In this document: one piece after another, positions 18,511 to 28,284 of the stretch
How the letters are laid out: every line of letters starts with the position of its first letter
Position numbering within the stretch: position 1 is the first letter of the stretch
Assembly (NCBI GenBank): GCA_031414955.1
Contig: JANOQV010000065.1
Span: 9,958-73,957 of the forward strand
Source: Pedosphaera sp.
Lineage (GTDB): Bacteria; Verrucomicrobiota; Verrucomicrobiia; Limisphaerales; SIBH01
Direction of reading: 5' to 3'
DNA length: 64,000 bases
Program-made: the position numbers and the translations under genes
The notes under the pieces: generated by a model
The model's database searches: none
What the model saw: the letters and a program-made list of their open reading frames with translations, nothing else
Told to the model about the DNA's origin: nothing

Positions 18511-21500
18511 TCAATCCTGCCAATCAATCCCCAGCTCGCGGAACTTCGCCCGCACCGCCGCGAAATCCCACAACTGCACCTGGCGTCCTCCCGTGATGAT
18601 CAGCAGCCAACGGCCATCCGGACTGAATTCCAACGGGTGCATTCCATCGGGCAGCGAAATCAGCAGGTCAAGGGTCCGTGCATCCAGCACCGCTCCGGAA
18701 CGGGTGCTTTGGGCACAGGCGAGCAGGCGTCCGTCCGGCGAGTAGGCCAGGTGACTCACGGCGACGGCCTCCGCGGGGCGGCTCAGGCGCACGGCCCAGG
18801 TTCGCGTGTCGAGGATTCGCAATTCCTTCTCGCTCAATACAGCGAGGCTGGCGCTGTCCGGGCTGAAAACCTGGAAGCGAATCCGTCCGGAGTTGGTGAT
18901 TTGCAGGGATGGGCCGGCTTCCTTGAGCGGAAGCACCGTAAGCACGCCAGAACCTGAGCGGCGGGCCAGCCAGCGACCGTCAGGCGAAACGGCCCCTTCC
19001 CAGTCTGTCCCGCTGAGTGTGCCGCTGGTGCCGGTCGTGAAATTGGTTACGTCCACGGTTTGGAGTCCTCCCGAACTGCGTCTCCAGATGGCGGGCGTTC
19101 CCACCGAGGAGCCAGGGGCGAACTCCTGGCCGCGCCGGACCACGGGGAGCGGGTCCAGTTGCGGCGGGCCGTCAATGACTCCCGGCTGGACGCGGCAGCG
19201 AATCAAGTGGTCACCCAGCCAGGCAAACAATTCGGATGAGTCCGACGAGAAGCCCAGTGGGAAGGCTTCCCGTTTGTCCGCGCGGGCTGGTGGGCCGGGT
19301 CGTTGAAGATCCCAGACGGTCAGCGCCTCGGTGGTCATGATGGCCAGCCAGCGTTGATCGGGGGAGAAGCGCGCCATGCGCGGCACGCCGGCCAATTCGG
19401 TCGCGAACCGGCGGCACTCCTCCCCGGGATTGAATTCGAGCCGCGTCAGGTAACCGCGATTATCCAGGACGGCCACCTTTCGGCCGGTGCGATCCACCTG
19501 GATTTCGCTGGCGCGCAAGGAAAGCGTCACTTCACAGCGTTCGTTTTGGATCTGCCAGACATGGATTTCACCATCCCAGCCCCGGGTGATAAGAAAATCT
19601 CCGCTCGGGACAAATGTGACTCCGACCGCTTGCGCCTTATGCCGGCCGATCACGCGGGCCACACCGTTGGTGGCATTGATCAGCACTACGGCCCCATCAT
19701 CCGTGCAGGCGGCAATCAGATGACCCTTTGGATGCCAGGCCACCTGGTTGACGTAATTGGAGAGGGCGACCCTGGCGAGAACGCCCCCGTTGGTGGCATC
19801 ACGCACCACGACGTGTTCCGGTTGGGCCAGGACAAATTGTCCGCCGTCCGGCGCATAGCTGAGGGAACGGGCCGGGCTTCTCGACCACTCGGCCACCGCC
19901 TGGTTTTGCACCAATTCCCAAACTAGCAATTTTCCATCCGGCCGGGCCATGAGCAGCCGGGGTTCAAACGGATGAAAGGCCGCCGCCGTGTAGGCGACGC
20001 TGTGCGGCGCGAAGAAGACGCGTTGGGTGGCCGCCAGATCCCAGACCTCCAAGGCTGCGTCCGCGCCCGAGCCGTGGTCCCGCTTGAAGGCGAGATAGCG
20101 ATCGTCCGGGCTGAACAGCAGCATGCGCGCATTCAAGTTCGTGGCGGGCGGCAGGCTGAAGAGCAGGTTCGAGCCGACGGATGAATACACTTCCACCGGG
20201 CCTTTTCCCCGCGCCAGCGCGTAGCGGGTGAAGTCGGCGTTGAAGGCGTGGCCCGAGACATCTTGATCGAGTGGGATGCGTTGCTCGATCCGCAAATCCG
20301 GCAGGGACAAGGCGCTGAAGACCGCCTGCCGAACTTCGGGCGTGGTCCGGATGGCGCCCGCCCGCCGCATCGTTTCCAACGTGTGGAACCGGCGGCCGGC
20401 GGCGGTGCTTTGCACCGCCAGCCGTGCTTCGGCCAGATAAGCGTCGTGCAGGCGTTCGCGGCTCACATGCTCCGCCGCTTCGGCGCGGATGCGGAGCGCC
20501 GATTCCCTCGCGCTGGCCTGCTCCGCCAGTCGCGTGCGCCAGCCACTGAAGATCACTCCCGCCACTGCCAGGAGCGTGACGCCGGTCGCGACCAGACCGC
20601 TGCGTCGGGCCAGCTTCACCCGCCGCTCCAGGGCGCGCACGCGGCGCAGGCTCTGCCCGCTTCGGAGCAAGGCGAGGTCGGCACGCATCTCTTCCGCGTT
20701 CTGGTAGCGCCGCTCACGCTGGCCTTCGCACGCCTTGAGAATCACCTCGTGCAGTTCCAGCGAGTCTCCGCTGTTCGCCTCGGTCATCCACTCCGGCGGT
20801 ACGTCGGGAAATTTTTCCGGCCGCAAGCCTGTGCTCGCCTCGTAGAGCGACAGACCGAACGCGTACAAGTCCGCCGCCGGTGTGCCCGGCCCTTCCGGCG
20901 CGATGTAGCCCTCCGTGCCGACAAAGGTGCGCCCTTCGCCATCCGCTGAAACCAGTCCGAGGTCGGCGAGCTTGGCGCGGCCCTCCACGAAGATGATGTT
21001 CCCTGGCTTCACGTCGCGATGCACCAGCCCTTGCTGATGCAGCCGCGCCAGCCCGCTCACCACGTCGAGCGCGAGCCGGAGGCAGTCGGCGGTGGGGAGG
21101 AGGCGGTGGTGCTGGAGATCGGAGCGGAGGGTGCGGGGGGAGTAATCAGTGCTCAGAGCGGCAGTGCTTGGTGAAACGGCGCGCTGGCGGTCATCTGTTT
21201 CTACCGACTGACTGAGCACTGACGCACTGAGCACCTCCCCCGTCGCATCAGCCAGCTCCATCACGTAATAAAAATACCCCGCCGCATCATTGCGCCCGAC
21301 ATGCAAGACGTGAACGAGTCCGTCCGCGCTGCGCGAGACCGGCTCGTAACTCTGGACGCCGGCAAACTCGCGCTCGTACGGACGTTCGCTGTCGAACTGC
21401 TTGCGCTCGATCACCTTCACCGCCCGCAGCGCGCCCATGATGTTGCGCGCCAGCCAGACCTCGCCGTAAGCGCCGCGCCCGATGGGCCGGAGCAGGGTGT

Positions 21501-21528
21501 GATCGGGGATGGAAGGCGGGGTGGTCAT
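18511..21528 (-). CDS. Hanks-type Ser/Thr kinase with transmembrane helix and C-terminal WD40 repeats
   Basis: IGRGAYGEVWLA, AVK, HRDVKPGN, DLG, GTEGYIAPE; TM GLVATGVTLLAVAGVIFSGW; FSPD...WD repeats. Confidence 0.93.
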   Translation of the reverse strand: MTTPPSIPDHTLLRPIGRGAYGEVWLARNIMGALRAVKVIERKQFDSERPYEREFAGVQSYEPVSRSADGLVHVLHVGRNDAAGYFYYVMELADATGEVLSASVLSQSVETDDRQRAVSPSTAALSTDYSPRTLRSDLQHHRLLPTADCLRLALDVVSGLARLHQQGLVHRDVKPGNIIFVEGRAKLADLGLVSADGEGRTFVGTEGYIAPEGPGTPAADLYAFGLSLYEASTGLRPEKFPDVPPEWMTEANSGDSLELHEVILKACEGQRERRYQNAEEMRADLALLRSGQSLRRVRALERRVKLARRSGLVATGVTLLAVAGVIFSGWRTRLAEQASARESALRIRAEAAEHVSRERLHDAYLAEARLAVQSTAAGRRFHTLETMRRAGAIRTTPEVRQAVFSALSLPDLRIEQRIPLDQDVSGHAFNADFTRYALARGKGPVEVYSSVGSNLLFSLPPATNLNARMLLFSPDDRYLAFKRDHGSGADAALEVWDLAATQRVFFAPHSVAYTAAAFHPFEPRLLMARPDGKLLVWELVQNQAVAEWSRSPARSLSYAPDGGQFVLAQPEHVVVRDATNGGVLARVALSNYVNQVAWHPKGHLIAACTDDGAVVLINATNGVARVIGRHKAQAVGVTFVPSGDFLITRGWDGEIHVWQIQNERCEVTLSLRASEIQVDRTGRKVAVLDNRGYLTRLEFNPGEECRRFATELAGVPRMARFSPDQRWLAIMTTEALTVWDLQRPGPPARADKREAFPLGFSSDSSELFAWLGDHLIRCRVQPGVIDGPPQLDPLPVVRRGQEFAPGSSVGTPAIWRRSSGGLQTVDVTNFTTGTSGTLSGTDWEGAVSPDGRWLARRSGSGVLTVLPLKEAGPSLQITNSGRIRFQVFSPDSASLAVLSEKELRILDTRTWAVRLSRPAEAVAVSHLAYSPDGRLLACAQSTRSGAVLDARTLDLLISLPDGMHPLEFSPDGRWLLIITGGRQVQLWDFAAVRAKFRELGIDWQD

Positions 21529-21536
21529 TTGAAATG

Positions 21537-22178
21537 CTATTCCGTCGCCCGCCGCAATTGCTGCACTTCGACCTTCAACAATTTGGCGATGCGATGCCGC
21601 GCCAGATAAACCTGCGCGAGACTGACCCCGAGCTTCTTCGCCACTTGCGTCAAGGAAAGATTCTCCTGCGTCGCCAGGCGAAAGATGAGCAGTTGGCGTG
21701 AACTGACTTTGGCGCGGACGCGCCGCAGCGCGGTGTCCAGCAGGTTTTCCTCCCATTCGCGCTGCCACACTTCATCCAGCGCGTCGCCCGAGGGATCGGG
21801 GATCTGCTCCAGCGCCGGTTCGCCGTCCGCGTTCGTCCGCGGTTCGCGGATGAGCAGCCCCGTGTCTGCCTGCCGTCGATACGCCGAGATGCGCGAGCGC
21901 GTCACCACGCGGAGCCAGGATTTGAACGAACCGCGCGCCGGGTCGTAACGGAACTTCGGCATCTTCCGGGTGAGATAGATGAAGGTGTTCTGCACCACGT
22001 CCTGCGCCTCGGCGTCGGCCAGGCCGGATTTGCGCGACACGTTGTAGATGAGCCGCCAATACGTCTCGAAGAACTCCCGCCAGCCCGCGTTATCGCCGCA
22101 GTCCCGCAAGCGCGAGAGCAGGCTCTGCCGCGTGGGCAGGAAGGAATCGGTTCCAGGCTCTGGCATCGTCATGATCAT
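21537..22178 (-). CDS. ECF-type sigma-70 family RNA polymerase sigma factor
   Basis: Region 2 WREFFETYWRLIY...EAQDVVQ...GSFKSWL; region 4 HTH LTQVAKKLGVSLAQVYLARHR. Confidence 0.94.
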   Translation of the reverse strand: MIMTMPEPGTDSFLPTRQSLLSRLRDCGDNAGWREFFETYWRLIYNVSRKSGLADAEAQDVVQNTFIYLTRKMPKFRYDPARGSFKSWLRVVTRSRISAYRRQADTGLLIREPRTNADGEPALEQIPDPSGDALDEVWQREWEENLLDTALRRVRAKVSSRQLLIFRLATQENLSLTQVAKKLGVSLAQVYLARHRIAKLLKVEVQQLRRATE

Positions 22179-22186
22179 CCACTACA

Positions 22187-22216
22187 GGTAAGCCGCCGTC
22201 GGGAGGATTCTTTCAA
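22187..22216 (-). promoter_or_regulatory. Candidate ECF-sigma (auto)promoter TTGAAAGAATCC-N9-CGGCTTACC (copy 2)
   Basis: Matches 18431-18460; ends 8 nt before ATG 22178 of the sigma gene. Confidence 0.75.
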
Positions 22217-22290
22217 ACAAAATCGCGGTCCGGTAATCGCCCACCACAGGGCTGGCTCCAGTAAACCGAGCCGCGCCATGCCTGCCTGCC

Positions 22291-22717
22291 TCACAGCAAA
22301 CCCGCCGTCTCCGGGTAGCCGCACATCACATTCAGGCTTTGCACCGCCTGACCGCTGGCACCCTTCACGATGTTGTCCTCGGCGCTCATCACCATCAGCC
22401 TCCCGGTGCGCGGGTCGATGACGCGCACTCCGGCGTTGTTCAACGGCACGGCAAACTCCGCCGCCACGCCATGCGGCAGCGCGAGGAGCACGATGGCGCA
22501 TGGCTTGGCCAACAGTTCCAGGTTTGGATTGCTGAAACGCAAGGTGCGTGTCGGCGCATACTGCGAGAACTTCGGGCAGGCCTGCGCGACGTTCTGGCCG
22601 GCGTACTGCCGCGAGGTGACGGCGGTGAGTTGTGCGGGCGGGTGGGTGAGCATCCGATAAACGAGTTCCGCGCGCGAATATCCCGAGGCCCCGACAATGC
22701 CGATTTTCCTGGCTCAT
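22291..22717 (-). pseudogene. argC: N-acetyl-gamma-glutamyl-phosphate reductase pseudogene (frameshift + large internal deletion)
   Basis: [11 protein letters not shown] is out of frame with ATG 22717; LALPHG...VRVID joins directly to PRTGRL...[16 protein letters not shown]; catalytic PGCY region missing. Confidence 0.88.
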
Positions 22718-23014
22718 TCGATTAGGTCTGCGGAGACTGTTAGTACTAGCTTTTCATGAGCGCGGCAAGTTCGCGCTCCATTTGATTCTCCGACTGGCTC
22801 AAGGCGACCATCGCTCTGTGATAGAATGCAACGGGCATGGCTCTCACGCCATGCTCTGGCCGGAATGGTAGCTCATCCAAGCTGAGTTTTCCGATGGGCA
22901 GGGCCCGAGGAAGGGCGCACTTCGGCCGGCCGGCTTCCGTGGCCCGCCAATTTCAATCGCACCCATCCCTAAGCCCGCGCTTGCGCGGCCGTGTCCCGGG
23001 CCTACACTGGCGCG

Positions 23015-23869
23015 ATGCGAAAACTCCTTTTGGCCCTGGCGCTGACCGGAACCTTGATCCAGACCATGCAAGCCCAGGTCAACATCGAGGTCATCCTCGA
23101 GCAGGAGCAATACCTGCGCAGCGAATCACTCCCCGTGCAGGTGCGCATCAGCAACGATTCAGGCCGCGCGCTCCGACTGGGGGACGATCCGGAGTGGCTT
23201 GCCTTCACTATCCAGGACGAATCCGGCAAGCAGGTCTTGAGGACGGGCGAAGTGCCGCTGGCCAAACCTTTCACCATCGAGCCGACCAAGACAGTGCGGT
23301 TGCGCACGGATCTCATGCCCCATTTCGACCTCAGCCAGGTGGGGCATTACACGCTGAACCTCAAGATGAGGGTGCCCCAGCTCAACGAGGAGATTTCAGC
23401 CAAGCCGACATCGTTCGACATCATCTCGGGCGTCACGTTGTGGGAGAAGAACGTGGGCGTGCCCGGCACCGATCCTCTGGTGACGCGCAAATACGCCTTG
23501 CAGCAGGCGACCTTCTTCAAACAGCAGCGGCTCTACGTGCGGGTCACGGACGCGACCGGAGCGCGGGTCGTCAAAGTGATTTCGCTCGGACAGTCCCTGT
23601 CCATGAGCCGGCCGGAAACCAAGGTGGACAACGTGAGCCACCTCCATGTGCTGTTCCAAAATGATCGCCAGGCGTATCTCTACGGCATCGTCACCACCGA
23701 CGGCGAACTGATCATCCGCCAGTCATACGAAATCGCCGGCCGCCGGCCGCAGTTGCGATCCGAGGCCGATGGCCGGGTGGTGGTCGCGGGCGGCCAGCGG
23801 AAAATTTTATTGAGTGATTTGCCGCCAGCCCGCGTCGCAAACTCCGATGAAAAAGTGGAGCAGAAGTAA
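23015..23869 (+). CDS. Exported hypothetical protein
   Basis: Signal peptide MRKLLLALALTGTLIQTMQAQ; coding-like codon use; TTGCGC-N16-TACACT 6 nt upstream. Confidence 0.8.
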   Translation: MRKLLLALALTGTLIQTMQAQVNIEVILEQEQYLRSESLPVQVRISNDSGRALRLGDDPEWLAFTIQDESGKQVLRTGEVPLAKPFTIEPTKTVRLRTDLMPHFDLSQVGHYTLNLKMRVPQLNEEISAKPTSFDIISGVTLWEKNVGVPGTDPLVTRKYALQQATFFKQQRLYVRVTDATGARVVKVISLGQSLSMSRPETKVDNVSHLHVLFQNDRQAYLYGIVTTDGELIIRQSYEIAGRRPQLRSEADGRVVVAGGQRKILLSDLPPARVANSDEKVEQK

Positions 23870-24836
23870 CGTGGCGATCCTGGCGGGCCTGTGGCTCGCC
23901 GGTGCCGGTGCCTGGGCGCAGGACACTTCCCTCGAACTCAAAGGCGGCGACCGCATCACGGGCCGCATCCTTTCCGAAACCCCCGAGCGCATCGTGCTCA
24001 GCAACGCCTGGTCCCGTGAGTGGGTCATTCCCATCGCCGAGATCAGCAAGCGCACCACCTTGACCGGCACCAACGCCTTGCTGAAAACCAACCTCGGCGC
24101 GGCGACCAAGCCCTTCGCCACCACCAACCTGCTCTTCACCTCTCCGCTGATGCGCCACTGGCACGGGGACATTCAACTGGGGGCGGACCTGACCTTCAGC
24201 GAACGCAACCGGCAGGTTTACAACGCCCGCGCGAAACTGAGCTACACCCGTGCGCCCCTCAAGAGCGTGTTCGACTACGATGCCACCTACGGACGCAGCG
24301 AAGTGGAAGAAAACGTCAACGGCCGCAAAGTCACCCACCAGAGGACCGACGCCAACCGGATGAATGGCTCATGGAAACTCGATTTCGATCTCTCCAGGCG
24401 ATGGTACCTCTACAACATCGCGGGCGTGGGTTACGACGAGCTGAGGAAGGTGGATCTGCGCTACGAAGTGGGGCCAGGCCTCGGCTACCGGTTGGTGCTG
24501 GCTTCGAACTTCTTGGCCAACGCGGAAGCGGGCGCGAACTACCAGCAGGAGGAAAGGGCGGACGACACCGAGTTGAGCCGCTTCTACGGGCGCGCCGCGC
24601 AAAATTGCGCCTGGAGAATCACCCCGCGGCTGACCTGGGATGAAAAGGTGGAATACCTGCCGAGCATCGAGGACGTAGAACTCTACAAGATTCGTTTTGA
24701 AACCAATCTGCGTTACGCCCTGCTCCAGAACCTGTTCCTGAACATCGCCCTCATCGATATCTACGATTCACAGCCGCCGGACGGCGTGACCCAGAACGAC
24801 CTGCAACTGCGCTCCTCGATCGGGTTGAAATTTTAG
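23847..24836 (+). CDS. DUF481-like outer-membrane beta-barrel protein
   Basis: Signal peptide; LKGGDRITG N-domain; amphipathic strands, YDELRKVDLRYEVGPGLGY; terminal Phe (IGLKF). Confidence 0.8.
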   Translation: MKKWSRSNVAILAGLWLAGAGAWAQDTSLELKGGDRITGRILSETPERIVLSNAWSREWVIPIAEISKRTTLTGTNALLKTNLGAATKPFATTNLLFTSPLMRHWHGDIQLGADLTFSERNRQVYNARAKLSYTRAPLKSVFDYDATYGRSEVEENVNGRKVTHQRTDANRMNGSWKLDFDLSRRWYLYNIAGVGYDELRKVDLRYEVGPGLGYRLVLASNFLANAEAGANYQQEERADDTELSRFYGRAAQNCAWRITPRLTWDEKVEYLPSIEDVELYKIRFETNLRYALLQNLFLNIALIDIYDSQPPDGVTQNDLQLRSSIGLKF

Positions 24837-24884
24837 CCCACCCCCGCCCGCTGCGAGGGTGAACCCGTTTGGTTGCCTAAATTG

Positions 24885-25424
24885 TTACGCCACCTTGCAG
24901 GCGAGGCGTTCCCGCTCCAGAAACTTGTCCACGGCCGCGTCCAGGTCGCGCAGGGCGAACTGGTGATCGGTGCTGCTCAGCCAGGGTGATTCAATGAGGA
25001 AAACCGAGGCACCGATGATGCGTGCGACCTGGGCGTCCTGCCAGCGCGGACTGATCACGACCGACTGCGCGAGGAGCAGGTGGTGCTTGAAAGCGGCTTC
25101 GTGAAACATGCCGGCGCGCGGCTTCCGGCAGGGACAATCATCATCCACCTCGTGCGGGCAGAACATGATGTCATCCAGCGGAAAGGTGGCGCGCAGCAGG
25201 TCGTGCATGTGGTCCATGACGCGGCGCGACATCGTGCCCTCGGAGATTTCCGGCTGGTTGGTGGTGACAATGAGCAGGTAACCGGCGGTGCGCAGCCGTT
25301 GCAGGCAGCCCAGCGCCCCCTGGTTCACCCGGAATTGTTCCCACGCTGTGGGTGTTTTCTGCTGCCCTTCGTGGGTCGCGAGATTCAGCAGGGCGTCTCG
25401 CTCGATAAACGCGGCCTTTTTCAT
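24885..25424 (-). CDS. HAD-IIIA GmhB/HisB-like phosphatase homolog with degenerate active site
   Basis: VTTNQP, CPHEVDDDCPCRKPRAGM retained; motif I reads FIERDAL instead of FLDRDG. Confidence 0.8.
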   Translation of the reverse strand: MKKAAFIERDALLNLATHEGQQKTPTAWEQFRVNQGALGCLQRLRTAGYLLIVTTNQPEISEGTMSRRVMDHMHDLLRATFPLDDIMFCPHEVDDDCPCRKPRAGMFHEAAFKHHLLLAQSVVISPRWQDAQVARIIGASVFLIESPWLSSTDHQFALRDLDAAVDKFLERERLACKVA

Positions 25425-25504
25425 GATTGGTAACAAGCATAAAGCTCGCCCACCCAGAAATCGGAACGGGAGCTGGCCAACTGAAATCTTTTCCCGGCTG
25501 CGAA

Positions 25505-26587
25505 TTACTGCGCCAGGTCTTTCGCAGAACTGACGCGGCCCTCGAGGGACTTCACGATCGGCAGCACTCGGGCCAGGGCGTTCTTTTCCGTCTGGCCGAA
25601 AAATGTGGTCAAGTTCACCTGGACCGCGCCCACTGTTTCACCGTTGCGATCACGCATTGGCATCGTCACCAGCACCGAGTCCGCGCCCTGGCCAAAGTAA
25701 GATCTGCCTTTCTCAATGCAGTCGCGCTCGACCTGGGCGCCGGGCGTGCCCAGATGCTTCTCCTCCGAGCTGCCGACCACCACCGTGCCATGCAGGTTCG
25801 TGGTCAGGCCGAAAATCTTCAAACCGAGCAGCCGTGGATTGGCCTTCATCGTGTCTCGCACCAGCGTCTGGGCGAAAGCCTCGCGGGGCGTGAAATCAAT
25901 GCGCGCCTCGGTGAAGTACACGACCGAGTCTGCCTTGCTCCAGAAGCCGACCTTGCCGATGGGAAACACCCCTTTGCTCGTGCCATCCGGGAATGGAATG
26001 AGCTTCGGCTCCGTCCATGGAATCGTTTCCTGCCCGTTGAGCAATGCCCGCAATTTGCTCCCGCGACACTCCACCACGAGCTGGTTCCACTCACTTTTCT
26101 TGACCGCCGCCGAGACCGAGATCGGACCGATGAGTTCACCCTCGACGTAACGGAAAAAGGCGACGTTCTGATCCTTGGCATTGGCTCGGATGTAATAGTA
26201 GTTGCGCTCGTCCTGAATCCGGAAGGCCACGCCCGCCATCTGCTCGATTTCGCCGCCGGCAATTTTGAAGCGCGTGGTGAAGGTGAAATCTTTGAAAACC
26301 TCGCCCTCGTAGATGAAGAGCGGCGCGCGGTTCTCATTGCGTTCGGCGGACAGTTGCCCAAGCACTCCGCGTTGAGTCACCACCGGTGACTTGGGAGAAA
26401 AGGGGGCCACCACCGGCGGAACGTCCACCATGCGGATGCGCCACTCGCCGGGCTGCCCGCGCCCGGTGACCGCGCTGCGAAAGCCGGAGGGCGTCTCGTT
26501 CTCGCGAAACTCGCTAAAGTCAAAACTCCGTTCCGCCGCGAACGAGCACGCGACGGAGAGCAGAACGAACAGAACGCTTCGGAACAT
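25505..26587 (-). CDS. Exported DUF1080/ConA-like domain protein with C-terminal Cache/PDC-like domain
   Basis: Signal peptide; AGVAFRIQD..NYY, WNQLVVECRG, GKVGFWSKADS; C-terminal VTMPMRDRNGETVGAVQV. Confidence 0.65.
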   Translation of the reverse strand: MFRSVLFVLLSVACSFAAERSFDFSEFRENETPSGFRSAVTGRGQPGEWRIRMVDVPPVVAPFSPKSPVVTQRGVLGQLSAERNENRAPLFIYEGEVFKDFTFTTRFKIAGGEIEQMAGVAFRIQDERNYYYIRANAKDQNVAFFRYVEGELIGPISVSAAVKKSEWNQLVVECRGSKLRALLNGQETIPWTEPKLIPFPDGTSKGVFPIGKVGFWSKADSVVYFTEARIDFTPREAFAQTLVRDTMKANPRLLGLKIFGLTTNLHGTVVVGSSEEKHLGTPGAQVERDCIEKGRSYFGQGADSVLVTMPMRDRNGETVGAVQVNLTTFFGQTEKNALARVLPIVKSLEGRVSSAKDLAQ

Positions 26588-26657
26588 CCGGTGCAGACTA
26601 ACAAAGGCGGCACCCCGGACAAGGCTTAGTCCGGGAACCGCACTTGCCGGCTCGGAA

Positions 26658-27764
26658 TCAAATCCCCGCCGCAATCGCGTCGCCCATCTCCCGCGTGCCG
26701 GTTCTGCGGGCGGTGGGGTCAGCGGCGTTGAAGATGTCGCCCGTGCGCAGGCCGGAGTCGATGGCCTGCGCCACGGCTGTTTCAATGGCCTGGGCTGCGT
26801 CATTCAGCTTGAAGCTGTAGCGCAGCATCAGGGCGGTGGAGAGAATCTGCGCAATCGGGTTGGCCAGGTTTTTGCCCGCGATGTCCGGCGCAGTGCCGCC
26901 GGCTGGCTCATAAAATCCAAACGTCTGTTCCCCGCTCGTGGCCCCGAGGCTCGCGCTGGGCAACATGCCGAGCGAACCGGCCAGGGCCGCCGCCTCATCG
27001 CTGAGAATATCGCCGAACAGATTCTCGCAGAGCATCACGTCGAACTGCGTCGGGCGGAGCATCAATTGCATGGCCGCGTTGTCCACGAACATGTGCTCCA
27101 GCGCCACGCCGGCATACTGCTTCCCGATGCGCGTCACCACCTCGCGCCAGAGGACGCCGTTCTCCAGCACATTCGCCTTGTCGATGCTGGTGACTTTTTT
27201 GCGGCGCAACTGCGCCGCGCGGAACGCGACGTGCGCGATGCGCTCAATCTCCGCCGTGGTGTAAACCATCGTGTCGATGGCGCGCTGCTGGCCGTTGCCC
27301 AAATCCTCGGTCTTCTTGGGCTGGCCGAAATACATGCCACCGGTCAACTCACGCACCACGAGGATGTCGATGCCATCGCCCTGACGGTCGAGACTCAACG
27401 GGCAGGAATGCGCCAGCGCCTTGGGCAGTTGCACCGGGCGCAAATTGGCGAACAGGCCAAACTCCTTGCGAATGCGCAGCAGCGCCGCGCGCTCGGGGCG
27501 ATCTTCCTTCGGGATGGTCGGATCGCGGTCGGGTAAACCGACGGAGCCGAACAAAATGGAATCAGACTTCTGGCACAGTTCGAGAGTCGCATCCGGCAGA
27601 GCCTTGCCCGCCGCGTCGATGCCCGCCCAGCCCACCGGGGCCTCGGTAATGTTGAAGTTTAGCGCGAATTTTTTCTCCACGGCGCGCAGCACCTTGATGG
27701 CCTCGCGCATCACTTCCGGGCCGATACCGTCCCCCGCGAGCGCGGCAATGTTGTAAGTCTTCAT
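26658..27764 (-). CDS. leuB: 3-isopropylmalate dehydrogenase
   Basis: [54 protein letters not shown]. Confidence 0.97.
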   Translation of the reverse strand: MKTYNIAALAGDGIGPEVMREAIKVLRAVEKKFALNFNITEAPVGWAGIDAAGKALPDATLELCQKSDSILFGSVGLPDRDPTIPKEDRPERAALLRIRKEFGLFANLRPVQLPKALAHSCPLSLDRQGDGIDILVVRELTGGMYFGQPKKTEDLGNGQQRAIDTMVYTTAEIERIAHVAFRAAQLRRKKVTSIDKANVLENGVLWREVVTRIGKQYAGVALEHMFVDNAAMQLMLRPTQFDVMLCENLFGDILSDEAAALAGSLGMLPSASLGATSGEQTFGFYEPAGGTAPDIAGKNLANPIAQILSTALMLRYSFKLNDAAQAIETAVAQAIDSGLRTGDIFNAADPTARRTGTREMGDAIAAGI

Positions 27765-27908
27765 TCCCAATTGGCGGCGTCCCTGTGCGGTGCCGGTTCG
27801 TTGCAGTCTGGAGTCGCGCGGCGTTCACAGCACGCCACGATGTTTCAAGGGGCGGGAGACTAGGAGCAGGAAAACGGCGAGTGAAGAACGAAGTTTCTAG
27901 CCGGTGAA

Positions 27909-28193
27909 TTATTCGCCCGGCTTGTCGGGGGATTCGCCTTCCAACTCGTTCAAGGTGCGTTGAATGAGTTCCTCGTGCTCCTGCCGCGCCCGTTTGCGCG
28001 TGGCCCGCAGGTCGAGCAGGGCGGTAATGACTGCGGCGATCGTGAATAAGAAGCAGACCATCCAGTAAATCAGAAACGGGACGTCCTTCAGTTTGTCCTG
28101 CAAGACAGTGCGGCCCCAGACGAGCAGTCCAAACGAGAGGGCGAGGAAACAAAGTCCCAGCCAGCGGCGCAAGGCATCGGCAGAAGTTGGCAT
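27909..28193 (-). CDS. Small two-TM membrane protein
   Basis: Two hydrophobic segments and a charged tail; TAAGGT 6 nt before ATG. Confidence 0.7.
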   Translation of the reverse strand: MPTSADALRRWLGLCFLALSFGLLVWGRTVLQDKLKDVPFLIYWMVCFLFTIAAVITALLDLRATRKRARQEHEELIQRTLNELEGESPDKPGE

Positions 28194-28284
28194 GGCGAAA
28201 CCTTAGCCCAGGCGGCCGGCCGGCCCAAGGGAGAAATCCACGCCCGGGCGGTGCGTGAATACCCATCTCGGCCTGTTCGTATTC

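Noticed and set aside
22720..22980. Short hairpins and a TGATAGAATGCA sequence upstream of argC (possible ARG box or ncRNA)
   Set aside because: Weak single match and no recognisable RNA family; cannot be supported without a covariance search
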